Shown: positions 40,241-50,440 of the stretch, in pieces | How the letters are laid out: each line of letters opens with the position of its first letter | How positions within the stretch are numbered: the first letter of the stretch is position 1 | NCBI GenBank assembly: GCA_934162285.1 | Contig: CAKPHY010000001.1 | Span: 6,510-70,509, forward strand | Source of the DNA: an uncultured Bacilli bacterium | Lineage (GTDB): Bacteria > Bacillota_I > Bacilli_A > RF39 > UBA660 | Reading direction: 5' to 3' | DNA: 64,000 bases | The notes under the pieces: generated by a model | Told to the model about the DNA's origin: nothing | The model's input: the letters and a program-made list of their open reading frames with translations, nothing else | Databases searched by the model: none | Translations under genes and position numbers: made by a program

Positions 40241-41440
40241 TTATTTTTTGAATAAAACTTTAAATGTTGTAACTTCATCTTTTGATGCAGCACTTATTAT
40301 ACCTTTATGATTTAAAACAATATTTTTTGCAATAGCTAAACCCAAGCCATATCTTCCTTCTTTACGATTTCTTGATTTATCTACACGATAAAATCTTTCA
40401 AATATTTTTTCTTCTTCACCTTTAGGAATTTCTGATCCTTCATTTTGAATAGTTAATATTATATTTTCGTTTGCTTCCAATTTTATTTTAATTGTACTAT
40501 TTTTTTTAGCATGTTTAATTGCATTATCTAGGAGTATTTCAACTAATTGCTTAATGCTTCCTTCATCTAAAGTCATCATTATATTAGGTTCAATATTATA
40601 TTCTAATTTTAAATGACTTTCATAAGCTTTACCTTCAAAAGTTAATGTTTGAAGTTCAATTATTTTAGATAAATTGGCTTCTTCAAACTTATATGTTTCT
40701 TGATATTCTGAATGAGCCAGCTCTAACAAATTGTTTATCAGCCTATTCATGCGTTCTGATTCAACATTGATATTTTTAAGCCACTTTTCATTATAGTTTT
40801 CTTCTAAAGCTTCACTACTAGCTATTATAACTGAAAGGGGTGTTTTTAATTCATGGGAAGCATCGGCAATAAATTGTTTTTGTTTATTAAATGTTTCTTC
40901 AACTGGTTTAATAATCCAACTAGTTATTTTTTTAGATATAAAATAGTTTATAATTTCTAATATTAAAAAGATTAGTAAAGAAATATTTAAAGAAACTAAA
41001 AGATTATTTTTGATTTTACTATTATCTAAAATAACTAAGGAATTATTGGCTTGATAAGCATACGAATAATTAGCAAAATATAAACATCCAATATAAGTTG
41101 ATTTTATATTTTTTTTAGAAAGTATTTCTTTAGCAATATTTATTATTTTAACTTCTAATTCATTATTAGAGTGATTTATAACTTCTTTTATATTATTGTT
41201 TTCATCTAAAAGAACAGTATAAATTGTTTGATCTAAAAACTTTATATTTTCTTTTGGTTCTTTATCTAACATTAAAGGAGGATCTTTTTTTTCAGTTTCT
41301 TGAGTCATTTTTAAATTGTTACTTATGTTATTTTTTTCTTCTAAATATTTTTGACTATTAAAAACAATAATAAAAGTTAAAATGCTTATTGTTAAGATTA
41401 GAAAAATAGTATAAAAAACTTTATTTTGAAGATTTTTCAT
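40241..41440 (-). CDS. sensor histidine kinase (HisKA + HATPase_c)
   Basis: H-box ASHELKTPLS; N and G boxes; two TM helices. Confidence 0.85.
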   Translation of the reverse strand: MKNLQNKVFYTIFLILTISILTFIIVFNSQKYLEEKNNISNNLKMTQETEKKDPPLMLDKEPKENIKFLDQTIYTVLLDENNNIKEVINHSNNELEVKIINIAKEILSKKNIKSTYIGCLYFANYSYAYQANNSLVILDNSKIKNNLLVSLNISLLIFLILEIINYFISKKITSWIIKPVEETFNKQKQFIADASHELKTPLSVIIASSEALEENYNEKWLKNINVESERMNRLINNLLELAHSEYQETYKFEEANLSKIIELQTLTFEGKAYESHLKLEYNIEPNIMMTLDEGSIKQLVEILLDNAIKHAKKNSTIKIKLEANENIILTIQNEGSEIPKGEEEKIFERFYRVDKSRNRKEGRYGLGLAIAKNIVLNHKGIISAASKDEVTTFKVLFKK

Positions 41441-42107
41441 TTTCTTCCTCCAATTTATAACCTAAGCCACGCACAGCTTTAATATTAACATTAGAACCAA
41501 TCGCTTTTAATTTTTTTCTTATGAATGATAAATATGCTTCTAGATTATTGGATTCGATTTCATTTTCAATTCCCCATACTTTATCATAGATTTGATCTTT
41601 AGATATTATTTGATTAGGATTTTTCATGAAGTTTTCTAATAGTTGTAGTTCTTTACAAACTAATAAAACAAATTCATTAGTTTTAATACATTTTAAAGTT
41701 GATGTTTTGATATCTAATTCTAAATCAGCATAAGATATATTTTTGGTTTTATTAATATTTAATTGAATGTTAATACGCGCTAATAATTCATCTATATGAA
41801 ATGGTTTTGTTAAATAGTCATTGGCACCATTTTCTAAACCATTTAATTTATCTTCTAAAGTTGATTTAGCTGTTAACATAATTATTTTACTATCAATTTC
41901 TTTTTCTCTTAATGTTTTTAGAATTTCAAAACCATTTTTATTAGGTAACATTACATCTAATATAATCAAATCATAAGCATTAGTTAAAGCTTTATATAAT
42001 CCTTCTTCACCATCGGTTGCAATATCTACTAAAAATTTTTCACTTTTTAATTTTGATGCAATGGCATCAGCTAAATTAAATTCATCTTCAATTATTAATA
42101 ATCGCAT
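41421..42107 (-). CDS. OmpR-family response regulator
   Basis: Receiver domain (IIEDE...D) plus winged-helix trans_reg_C. Confidence 0.88.
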   Translation of the reverse strand: MRLLIIEDEFNLADAIASKLKSEKFLVDIATDGEEGLYKALTNAYDLIILDVMLPNKNGFEILKTLREKEIDSKIIMLTAKSTLEDKLNGLENGANDYLTKPFHIDELLARINIQLNINKTKNISYADLELDIKTSTLKCIKTNEFVLLVCKELQLLENFMKNPNQIISKDQIYDKVWGIENEIESNNLEAYLSFIRKKLKAIGSNVNIKAVRGLGYKLEEENEKSSK

Positions 42108-42184
42108 TTTTGATCACCTTTTTCATTTTAGATCTTTTTTATTAAATAAATATTAAAAATAGCAAAAAAGCACACTAAAGTGCT

Positions 42185-42553
42185 TTATATATTTCTTAGT
42201 ATTCCAAACATTATTGTTATAAAAAGTAAGATGTAAGTAATAAATTTAGGAATTTGGATTTTTTTAAAGTTACAAATATACGCAAATTCATTATATAAGT
42301 AATAAACAATAAATGCTGGTAGTAATATAAATACTAATTGGTTATAATTGAAAGCTTTTTGAAATTCACCTTCAAAAATAGCAAAAAAGCATCTAGTTAT
42401 ACCACAGCCTGGACATAATAAATTTGTTAATTTGTTAAATAGACAAGGAATACCAATATGAAATTTATTAAAGATAAAGTAATAAGTAACGGCTATTAAA
42501 ATTAAACCAAAATTAAATAATAGTCTTTTTTTTAGTCTATACTGCAAATTCAT
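42185..42553 (-). CDS. DUF2752-family small membrane protein
   Basis: LCPGCGITRCF motif between TM helices. Confidence 0.6.
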   Translation of the reverse strand: MNLQYRLKKRLLFNFGLILIAVTYYFIFNKFHIGIPCLFNKLTNLLCPGCGITRCFFAIFEGEFQKAFNYNQLVFILLPAFIVYYLYNEFAYICNFKKIQIPKFITYILLFITIMFGILRNI

Positions 42554-42989
42554 TTAAATCATTTTGAATTAAGCACCATGCTACAAATTCTAAACCAAAA
42601 ATAGAAAGTAATAGATATAAAACACTATTATCACTTTTATTTCCTTTATTATATTTTTGTGATGCTGCGTATAGTCTTTGAGCTGTTTTATAAATCCAGA
42701 TTAAACCATAAATATTACATGTTAAAATTGATAATAATACTACTGTTCCACCTGATGTTGTATCGCCATCATTTGCTACAATGTTCATATCATCTTGCAT
42801 TTGTGACATCCATATTAAGCCATAAATTCCACATGTTACAATCGATAATATAATTGCAGTTACTAGATCTCTTTTTGGGATTTGAGGTGCAGCAAAATTT
42901 TGATTATTTGCTTGTTCTCTACTGGCTCCACAATTTGGACAGAATCTTTCATTATCTTCTAATTTTACTCCACAATTTTTACAAAACAT
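42537..42989 (-). CDS. zinc-ribbon membrane protein (DUF4234-like) with an internal tandem duplication
   Basis: N-terminal CKNCG...CPNCG zinc ribbon; duplicated module CGIYGLIWMSQMQDDMN / CNIYGLIWIYKTAQRLY. Confidence 0.5.
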   Translation of the reverse strand: MFCKNCGVKLEDNERFCPNCGASREQANNQNFAAPQIPKRDLVTAIILSIVTCGIYGLIWMSQMQDDMNIVANDGDTTSGGTVVLLSILTCNIYGLIWIYKTAQRLYAASQKYNKGNKSDNSVLYLLLSIFGLEFVAWCLIQNDLNEFAV

Positions 42990-43052
42990 AGTTTCAACTC
43001 CTTTTCTGTGATTAAGATATCATTTTTAGGGTATTTTGTCAATTTTACAAAT

Positions 43053-44258
43053 TTAGTCTTTATAGTATTTAATGGTAAAAGTAGTTTTATCATTTTCTTT
43101 AGAACTTACACTTATTTTACCATTATTTTTTTCTATTATTGTTTTAGCTAAAGAAAGTCCAATACCAAAACTATCTTCGTTAGAATTTTCACCTTTATAG
43201 AAACGATCAAATATATGTTTTATGTCTTTATCATTAATTCCTATTCCATAATTTATTATTTCTATTTTAGAATATAATTTTTCATCGGAAGCATTTATGA
43301 TAATGTTTTTATCTTTGAAAGAATGTTCAATACTATTTTTAACAATATTAGTAAGAGCTTCTACTTGCCAATTAAAATCACAATAAATATTAAAGTCATT
43401 TTTAATATTTAAATCAATCTTAATATTTTTTAAATCACTTAAAGTTGATACATTATTAACTACTTTATTAACAATTAATTTAATATTATTAAAATCATTA
43501 TTATAATTAACGGCGTTAATATCAAATCTTGATAATTTTAATAAAGATTTAACTAAAAAATTTATATTATTTATTTCTCTATTTATATCATTTATAAAAT
43601 CATTTCTAACATTAGCATCCATATCGGGATCATCTATTATATTATCAAGCATAATACTTATCGACGTAAGTGGGGTTTTTAGTTGATGAGAAATGTCCTC
43701 AATTGATTTTTTTATATTATCTTTATCTTTATTAGAATTATATGCTTCTTCTTTTAGCATAACAGTTGTTTTATATATTTCATTTTTTAAAATTGATAAT
43801 TCATCTTCAGTATTATTATCTATATTTAGATAATAGTTTTTTCGATTTATTTGTTCAATTAAATTAGTAATTTCTTTTATTTTTTTACTTTGATTTTTTT
43901 TATTTATAAAAGATATTAAGATAAATAAAATAATAAAAATAATTATAATAGTATTATTGATTATTAAACTTTGAATATAATCTTTTTTACTATTTAATAT
44001 GAGATAATCATCATCAATATCAATTCCATATTCTTTTAAAACATTTTGAGAAATTACTTTACCATCTAGTATTTCTATTATATCTTTATTATTAACTAAG
44101 GGATATTTAATACTAACTTGATATATAATGCTATTTAATGTTTGATTATATCTGATTCTATTTTTATCGTTTAATTTTATATAAAAGATATTAAAGGCAA
44201 GGATAAAACTTAATATTATTAATACATAACTAATTATAATCTTTTTACTTTTCTTCAT
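43053..44258 (-). CDS. sensor histidine kinase
   Basis: H-box SHQLKTPLTSI; HATPase; two TM helices. Confidence 0.85.
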   Translation of the reverse strand: MKKSKKIIISYVLIILSFILAFNIFYIKLNDKNRIRYNQTLNSIIYQVSIKYPLVNNKDIIEILDGKVISQNVLKEYGIDIDDDYLILNSKKDYIQSLIINNTIIIIFIILFILISFINKKNQSKKIKEITNLIEQINRKNYYLNIDNNTEDELSILKNEIYKTTVMLKEEAYNSNKDKDNIKKSIEDISHQLKTPLTSISIMLDNIIDDPDMDANVRNDFINDINREINNINFLVKSLLKLSRFDINAVNYNNDFNNIKLIVNKVVNNVSTLSDLKNIKIDLNIKNDFNIYCDFNWQVEALTNIVKNSIEHSFKDKNIIINASDEKLYSKIEIINYGIGINDKDIKHIFDRFYKGENSNEDSFGIGLSLAKTIIEKNNGKISVSSKENDKTTFTIKYYKD

Positions 44259-44898
44259 TTTCGATTCTATAACCTATTCCTTTAATCGTGATTATGATAT
44301 CATTACCTATTTTTTCTCTTATTCTTTTCAAATAAACTGTTATGGTATTATCATTTACGTCATTGCCTGTTAAGTTATAAATATATTCGATTAAATAGTT
44401 TCTAGTAACAGCTTTGTTTAGATTAGAAAATAGTAAATATAAAATTTTTAATTCTAAAGAAGTTAAGTTAACAATCTCATTATTTTTATATACTTGCATT
44501 TTATCCATATCAAATTTAATATTTTTTACTTCAATAATTCTTGCATTTTTAGATAATATTTTATTTATTCTAGCTATTAATTCTCGTGTAGAAAATGGTT
44601 TAGTTATATAGTCATTAGCACCTATTTCTAAGCCTTTGACAATATCATCTTCACTATCTTTTGCTGTTAAAAAAATTGTTGGAATATTTAATTTTTTTAT
44701 GGTGTCTAGATATAAATCAAAACCATTACCATCAGGTAAACTAACATCTAATACTATTAACTGGGGTTGATAATTATTAATAAGATATTTACTAGAATTA
44801 ATAGAATTAGCTATTTCACATTCATAGCCATTACTTTTAAAAGCGTATTCTAGTCCTTTACAAATTGTTGAATTATCTTCGATCAATAATATTTTCAT
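44245..44898 (-). CDS. OmpR-family response regulator
   Basis: Receiver plus winged helix. Confidence 0.88.
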   Translation of the reverse strand: MKILLIEDNSTICKGLEYAFKSNGYECEIANSINSSKYLINNYQPQLIVLDVSLPDGNGFDLYLDTIKKLNIPTIFLTAKDSEDDIVKGLEIGANDYITKPFSTRELIARINKILSKNARIIEVKNIKFDMDKMQVYKNNEIVNLTSLELKILYLLFSNLNKAVTRNYLIEYIYNLTGNDVNDNTITVYLKRIREKIGNDIIITIKGIGYRIENEEK

Positions 44899-44955
44899 TA
44901 TTTCACTTCCTTAAACTCATTATAGCAATAAATAAGAGACTAAACTAGCCTCTTA

Positions 44956-47484
44956 TTAAATATTTTCATTTCTTATTGTTTCGATGATGTTATTATTTTT
45001 TACTTTATTAACAGAATATTTCATTAAAGTAAATATAAGAATAAACACAACACTGATACTAATAATAATTCCTTTGTAAGGTAAAACATAGTTGAATTCT
45101 ATTTCACCAATTAAAACTTTATAAATTACATAAGAAATTGCTATTCCGATTGGTAAACCAATAAGTAATGATTTAATGCAATAGAAGAAACTTTCTAAGA
45201 ATATCATTCTATTGAATTCATGATTAGTCATACCTATACTTTTAAGCATTGCAAATTCACTTTTTCTTAGTTCAATATTAGTAGTAATAGTATTAAAGAT
45301 ATTAGTAACTCCAATTAAAGCTATTACAATAATAAATCCATATAAAAATATAGCAACAATTAAATAAATATTATTCATAGATTTAAAGGTACTATCAATA
45401 TTTGCTATACTATAATTATCAAAGTTTGCAAGCATTTTAGTAATTTCGTCTTGAAGCGTATCAGGATTATCACAATTAATAAATATAGATATTTGATCTC
45501 TTTTCGGTAAGGTATCCATTACTTCATCACTGACGATTAAAATAGCATCACTATAATAATTTTCGTATCCCATTGGTCTTATATCGGTAACTTTAGCAAT
45601 TTCAATATCAAAGTCTTTTTCGGTTTCCTCGATCATTATTTTACTATTAATAATGTCACCAATCTTAATATCAAAAATAGAATAGCTTACTTTTTTAGCT
45701 TCATCGTCTTCGATAATCTTAATAATATCATTATTAATTAATATTCCTTTATTCTTAACTTTTTCATAATCAAGATTTAGCTTATCAACATATTTTTTAT
45801 ATTCTTTCTCACCAACGCTTAGCACAGTCAATGTTTTATTCTTAGCTTCATTACCATCATAACTATTATATTTAACTGCATCATTGGTATATTTTAAGTT
45901 TGCTTCTAACATAGAAGTGCGGATGACTGAATAATCTTTAATTCCTTCTAATTTGGTAATATTTTCTATTTGGTCATAGTTACTTAAAGCATCTTTAAAG
46001 ATATAAACATTTAAATTATAAGTATATTCACCAAACTCCATTTTAACAACGTTGAAAGCCATGTTTATAAAGTATGATAATGCGACATAAACAGCTACAC
46101 ATAATACTATGGATATAACTGTAGTTCGATATTTTTTCTTATTTCTTTTTATATTTTTATAAGATATTACACCACCGATTCCAAATAGTTTTTTTATTAG
46201 TTTTGGTGTTTTTAATTTTTTAGGATTGATTTTAATAGAACAACTATTTCTAATTGCTGCTATTGGGGATGTTTTAGATGCGATCTTTGATGCTTTTCTA
46301 GATGATAAGAAAATAGTAATGATACTTAATATTATAGAAAAAATAATTGCTAAAATTGATACTCTAAAGATTAAAAATCCTTCTATTACCATGGAATTTC
46401 CAATAAGAGCATTGACTACTTTAATTAGAATGAAGGAAGCAAGTATTCCACTTAATATTCCGAGTGGAATACCAATTATGGATAATAAGAAAGCTTCATA
46501 ATAAACATTTTTTTTAATTTGTTTACTTGTTGCTCCAACACTAGCAAGCATACCATATTGTTTTATTTTTTCGGTTATCGAAATGTTAAAACTATTTTTA
46601 ATGCAAAAAACGGAAGTAAATATTACTATAATTATAACTACAATAGCTAAGTTAATAATTACTTTCATTGTATCATCATTAAATGAGAAAGTTTCTAGTT
46701 CAATTAAATGCTCATTTATACCAAAACTATATTTAGGATTTTCTAAATCGCCAACAATATTCTGTGTTGTTTTTCGGTAATCTTTAAGTGCATCTTTAGT
46801 ATATCTTGCATAAATGTCATAAGTACCGCTTACACTATTAGATTTGAAAGTAACGAAAGTATAACCGGGAGCAGTGTAATATTCAAAACTTGGTCTTTCG
46901 ACGATACCAACTATTTTATAAGTTTTAGGGGTTGTATTTACTATTTCTTCTTCTGTTTCATTATTAAAGGGATTGCTTTGATTTAAGCTATATCCTTCAC
47001 TTACACGATCACCAACATTTAATGTAATTGTTTCCCCTATCTCAAGGGTAAGGCGACCATTAGTTTTTAAGTGTCTAGGGATAACTATTTCGGTATCGTT
47101 TTTAGGTAATTCGCCACTTATTAGTTGAAGTCTAGTGTTTTTAAAAGCATTTTTATCCATTTCTATTATGTAGGCATAGGGCTTATATTTATTTTTGACG
47201 CCATCAAGTTTAGCATATCCTATACCGTTAGTAACATAATAGGATTCAATACTTCTATTATTATCAAAATATTTTAAATCTTCTAAAGGAACATTATTAA
47301 AACTAATATGATAATCGCCTTTTCTTGTTTTTTCATAATTAATCATGCTTTCTTTAAAGCTTGATACCATTGAAGAAACGGCTGTAATTAAAGCAACACT
47401 AAGGATTATTCCTATAATAGTAACAATGCTTCTTTTTTTATTCAGAATTAAATTTTTATATGTTAATTTGTTTAAGAGTTTCAC
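44956..47484 (-). CDS. ABC transporter permease, FtsX/MacB-like (BceB-like)
   Basis: 842 aa; N-terminal TM followed by a large extracytoplasmic domain and two FtsX-type 4-TM bundles. Confidence 0.8.
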   Translation of the reverse strand: MKLLNKLTYKNLILNKKRSIVTIIGIILSVALITAVSSMVSSFKESMINYEKTRKGDYHISFNNVPLEDLKYFDNNRSIESYYVTNGIGYAKLDGVKNKYKPYAYIIEMDKNAFKNTRLQLISGELPKNDTEIVIPRHLKTNGRLTLEIGETITLNVGDRVSEGYSLNQSNPFNNETEEEIVNTTPKTYKIVGIVERPSFEYYTAPGYTFVTFKSNSVSGTYDIYARYTKDALKDYRKTTQNIVGDLENPKYSFGINEHLIELETFSFNDDTMKVIINLAIVVIIIVIFTSVFCIKNSFNISITEKIKQYGMLASVGATSKQIKKNVYYEAFLLSIIGIPLGILSGILASFILIKVVNALIGNSMVIEGFLIFRVSILAIIFSIILSIITIFLSSRKASKIASKTSPIAAIRNSCSIKINPKKLKTPKLIKKLFGIGGVISYKNIKRNKKKYRTTVISIVLCVAVYVALSYFINMAFNVVKMEFGEYTYNLNVYIFKDALSNYDQIENITKLEGIKDYSVIRTSMLEANLKYTNDAVKYNSYDGNEAKNKTLTVLSVGEKEYKKYVDKLNLDYEKVKNKGILINNDIIKIIEDDEAKKVSYSIFDIKIGDIINSKIMIEETEKDFDIEIAKVTDIRPMGYENYYSDAILIVSDEVMDTLPKRDQISIFINCDNPDTLQDEITKMLANFDNYSIANIDSTFKSMNNIYLIVAIFLYGFIIVIALIGVTNIFNTITTNIELRKSEFAMLKSIGMTNHEFNRMIFLESFFYCIKSLLIGLPIGIAISYVIYKVLIGEIEFNYVLPYKGIIISISVVFILIFTLMKYSVNKVKNNNIIETIRNENI

Positions 47485-47486
47485 AA

Positions 47487-48179
47487 TTATGCCTCCTTAA
47501 CAATTTTTCCATCTTCAATTTTAATTATTCTATCAGCTATCTCAGCTAATTCTAAATTATGAGTAATCATAATAATAGTTTGATTTAATTCTTTATTAGA
47601 TTTTCTAAGTAATTCAACAATCTCTTCACTAGCTTTAGAATCTAAATTTCCTGTAGGTTCATCAGCTAAAATTATAGATGGTTTTGTTATTAAAGCACGA
47701 CCTATAGAAGTTCTTTGTTGTTGTCCACCAGATAATTGATTTGGCAAATGATGACGTCTTCTTTCTAATCCTAAAAGAATTAACATTTCATTTAAATCTA
47801 TTCTATTTACACTTCTTCCATCAAGTTCTAAAGGTAAAGATATATTTTCTTCAACATCTAATATAGGTATTAAATTATAAAATTGATATATTAATCCAAT
47901 TTGTCTTCTTCTAAATATAGCAAGTTTATCATCATTCATACTAAAAATATCTTTATCATTAATATAAACTTTTCCACTAGTAGGTCTATCTACGCCACCT
48001 ATTAAGTGAAGAAGTGTACTTTTACCACTACCAGAAGCACCAACTATAGCCACAAATTCACCTTTCTTAACACTAAAAGATACATTATCTAAAGCAACAA
48101 CTTTAGTGCTATCTTTCCCGTATACTTTTGTTAAATTTTCAACTTTTAATATTTCCATATATTTTTTCCTTTCATTCAA
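47487..48179 (-). CDS. ABC transporter ATP-binding protein (MacB/BceA-type)
   Basis: Walker A GASGSGKST, signature LSGGQQQR, Walker B ILADEPT. Confidence 0.9.
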   Translation of the reverse strand: MNERKKYMEILKVENLTKVYGKDSTKVVALDNVSFSVKKGEFVAIVGASGSGKSTLLHLIGGVDRPTSGKVYINDKDIFSMNDDKLAIFRRRQIGLIYQFYNLIPILDVEENISLPLELDGRSVNRIDLNEMLILLGLERRRHHLPNQLSGGQQQRTSIGRALITKPSIILADEPTGNLDSKASEEIVELLRKSNKELNQTIIMITHNLELAEIADRIIKIEDGKIVKEA

Positions 48180-48225
48180 TATAATTATATGACTCTATAA
48201 GTGACATCTAAATGACAAAAATAAA

Positions 48226-48246
48226 AGATCAAAATTATTTTGATCT
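48226..48246 (-). terminator. palindromic terminator AGATCAAAAT-t-ATTTTGATCT
   Basis: Perfect 10-bp arms, followed on the minus strand by TTTATTTTTG. Confidence 0.6.
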
Positions 48247-48498
48247 TAATTAAATATTTATTGGAATTTTCTTGTTAATAATTGAAAGAAAGTTGTTTTA
48301 TTTATATCTTCATTAACAGTTAATTCAACTACTTCATAAGAATTATTAATTCTTACTTTCATTGTTCCTACTTTGTCACCTTTTTTTATTGGATCTTTTA
48401 TATTGTTTACATCAATTGTCAAATCTATTTTAGGATCTTCGTCCATTTTATTTTTCAAAAATGTTACTTTTTTACTTGGTACTATCTCAACTTCATCT
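48234..48498. repeat. direct repeat copy A (265 bp, about 95% identical to 50441..50705)
   Basis: Base-by-base comparison of the two segments; homology ends abruptly at 48498/48499 and 50705/50706. Confidence 0.8.
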
Positions 48499-48503
48499 AT
48501 CAA
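48258..48503 (-). pseudogene. duplicated 3' fragment of the DD-carboxypeptidase gene (PBP5 C-terminal domain remnant)
   Basis: 81 aa, over 90% identical to the C-terminal 80 aa of the 50453..51589 product; TTG start with an in-frame stop two codons upstream; lies inside the 265-bp direct repeat. Confidence 0.7.
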
Positions 48504-48598
48504 TTTCTAATATTATATTTCCACTATTTAAATATGTAATTACATTTTTATGTCCTAGTAATTCTATTTCTAGGACGATATTTTCACATTTATCATTT

Positions 48599-50308
48599 TT
48601 ATTCGATTGCTTCAAATAAACTTGTATTTTCTAAACTAGGATAATATTTGTATAATGTTTCTTTTAAGTATTTTCCTTTTTCTAATAAATGGCTATATTT
48701 TTTGATATTACTATCCTTTCCTTCAAAACATATACTTTCAAATACTCTTGCCATATCTTCCGCTGGAAAAGTGTGACTATAATAATCTACGAAGTAAACA
48801 TTATCATCAGCAGTCACTCCTATAGTATATTCAGTTCTGTTAGTTACTTTGTATGAATAAGAGTACTCATATTTTTTCGGATTAAATGTCGACCATTCAG
48901 AAAAATACTCTCCTTTTGATTTTAATTTGTTTTCTATAGTGTGCATTAGTTCATGACATACATAGGTTTCTAGTGGTATTTGGGATATATTTAGAGCTAT
49001 TAAATACATATTTTCATATACACTTGTGTAACCAGCTGGATCAAAGTTTTGAGATGAAGCATCTGCCGGTTTTAACTCTCCAGTTAAATATATATTTAAA
49101 CCTTTATAGTCATTTTCATATAAAGAATCATAAAAATCCTTTGTTAGTTTACTAAGTATATTTTCCACAGTATTGATACTACTATAAATACCTCCTAATT
49201 CATCATATTCTTTTGCTAAAAAATCTGGAGACTTTATTATGGCTTTATCTTTTATGTAAAGATTAACATTATATTTATTTTTAATATCATTTATTTTATT
49301 TGTTAATTCATTGTTAATTTCATTAATATATTCTTCTGTAGTAAAAGATTTAAATGTATAGTTTTCATCTATAATATAGTAATCATATTTATTATTTATT
49401 AATTTTAAGAATATTTTATTATCAACTATACTTATACTTGATACGTTTTTAACATTATATGTTTTAATTTCATCTTTAGTTAAATTAATTATTTCTAGTC
49501 TTTCTAGATTGTTATTATAAACATATAGATTATTATTATATAAATAATTTATGTAGGAATTTTCTCTATTTATGCTAATAGCATACTCATTGTATTTATT
49601 ACTTACTAAATCATATACTTTTACTTTATCATTAGATATAGTATAAATACCATTTTCATATTTAGAATATGCTGTTAGTTTATTTTCTTCACATGTATTA
49701 TTCTTAACATTACATATTATATTTTTATTTGTATCAAAATTGCTATATAGCAAATATATGTTGCCTTTTATATTAACATTATCTATTAGTTCATATCCTT
49801 CATAATCTTTACTAAGTGAAAATATTTCTTTTTCATTTTTATCATATATTTTTCCATTGGTATTAATACTATAATAATTATTGCCATAGTAAGCTATGTT
49901 TATGCCTTTTAATGTTAATTCTAATTTCCCTTTGCTATTATATAAATATGTATTTTCATTGTTTGTACATCCTATTAAATCATTATATTTTTTACATTCG
50001 TAATAATTTATATTATCTAATAGTTTTTCTTTTTCACCACTATAAATATTATATTTATATAGTACTTTATTATCTTCAATTCCATATATATAATATATTT
50101 CTTTATCATCAATAACATCAGAATTAATATTATCGTTTTCGTTTTCTTTTAGTGTTACTGCATGTACATTATCAGTTATTAAGTCTCCCTTTATTTCTAT
50201 ATTATTTTCTATGCTTTTATTTAGAGATACTTTTTTATAGATTATTATAGCTAATAATATAACAATTAACATTATTAATATTTTAATTATCTTTTTCATT
50301 ACTTTCAT
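48599..50308 (-). CDS. AT-rich secreted protein with a Y/N-rich repeat region and a C-terminal HExxH (zinc-metallopeptidase-like) motif
   Basis: Signal anchor KKIIKILIMLIVILLAIIIY; YVCHELMHTIE near the C-terminus; very low GC compared with the flanking genes. Confidence 0.45.
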   Translation of the reverse strand: MKVMKKIIKILIMLIVILLAIIIYKKVSLNKSIENNIEIKGDLITDNVHAVTLKENENDNINSDVIDDKEIYYIYGIEDNKVLYKYNIYSGEKEKLLDNINYYECKKYNDLIGCTNNENTYLYNSKGKLELTLKGINIAYYGNNYYSINTNGKIYDKNEKEIFSLSKDYEGYELIDNVNIKGNIYLLYSNFDTNKNIICNVKNNTCEENKLTAYSKYENGIYTISNDKVKVYDLVSNKYNEYAISINRENSYINYLYNNNLYVYNNNLERLEIINLTKDEIKTYNVKNVSSISIVDNKIFLKLINNKYDYYIIDENYTFKSFTTEEYINEINNELTNKINDIKNKYNVNLYIKDKAIIKSPDFLAKEYDELGGIYSSINTVENILSKLTKDFYDSLYENDYKGLNIYLTGELKPADASSQNFDPAGYTSVYENMYLIALNISQIPLETYVCHELMHTIENKLKSKGEYFSEWSTFNPKKYEYSYSYKVTNRTEYTIGVTADDNVYFVDYYSHTFPAEDMARVFESICFEGKDSNIKKYSHLLEKGKYLKETLYKYYPSLENTSLFEAIE

Positions 50309-50330
50309 ATTATCACCAATAATATTATAG

Positions 50331-50371
50331 CAAAAATAGCAAAGTAATGTTTTAATACTTTGCTATTTTTG
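50331..50371 (-). promoter_or_regulatory. perfect 16-bp palindrome (CAAAAATAGCAAAGTA-N9-TACTTTGCTATTTTTG) between dacB and the HExxH gene
   Basis: Followed on the minus strand immediately by cTATAAT and the HExxH-gene start; may be the dacB terminator and/or an operator. Confidence 0.5.
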
Positions 50372-50440
50372 TGTAAAGTTTATACTTTTATTGATGATTT
50401 TTATAATAATCTTCTTTTAACATTTCAGATTCTTTTTTAT

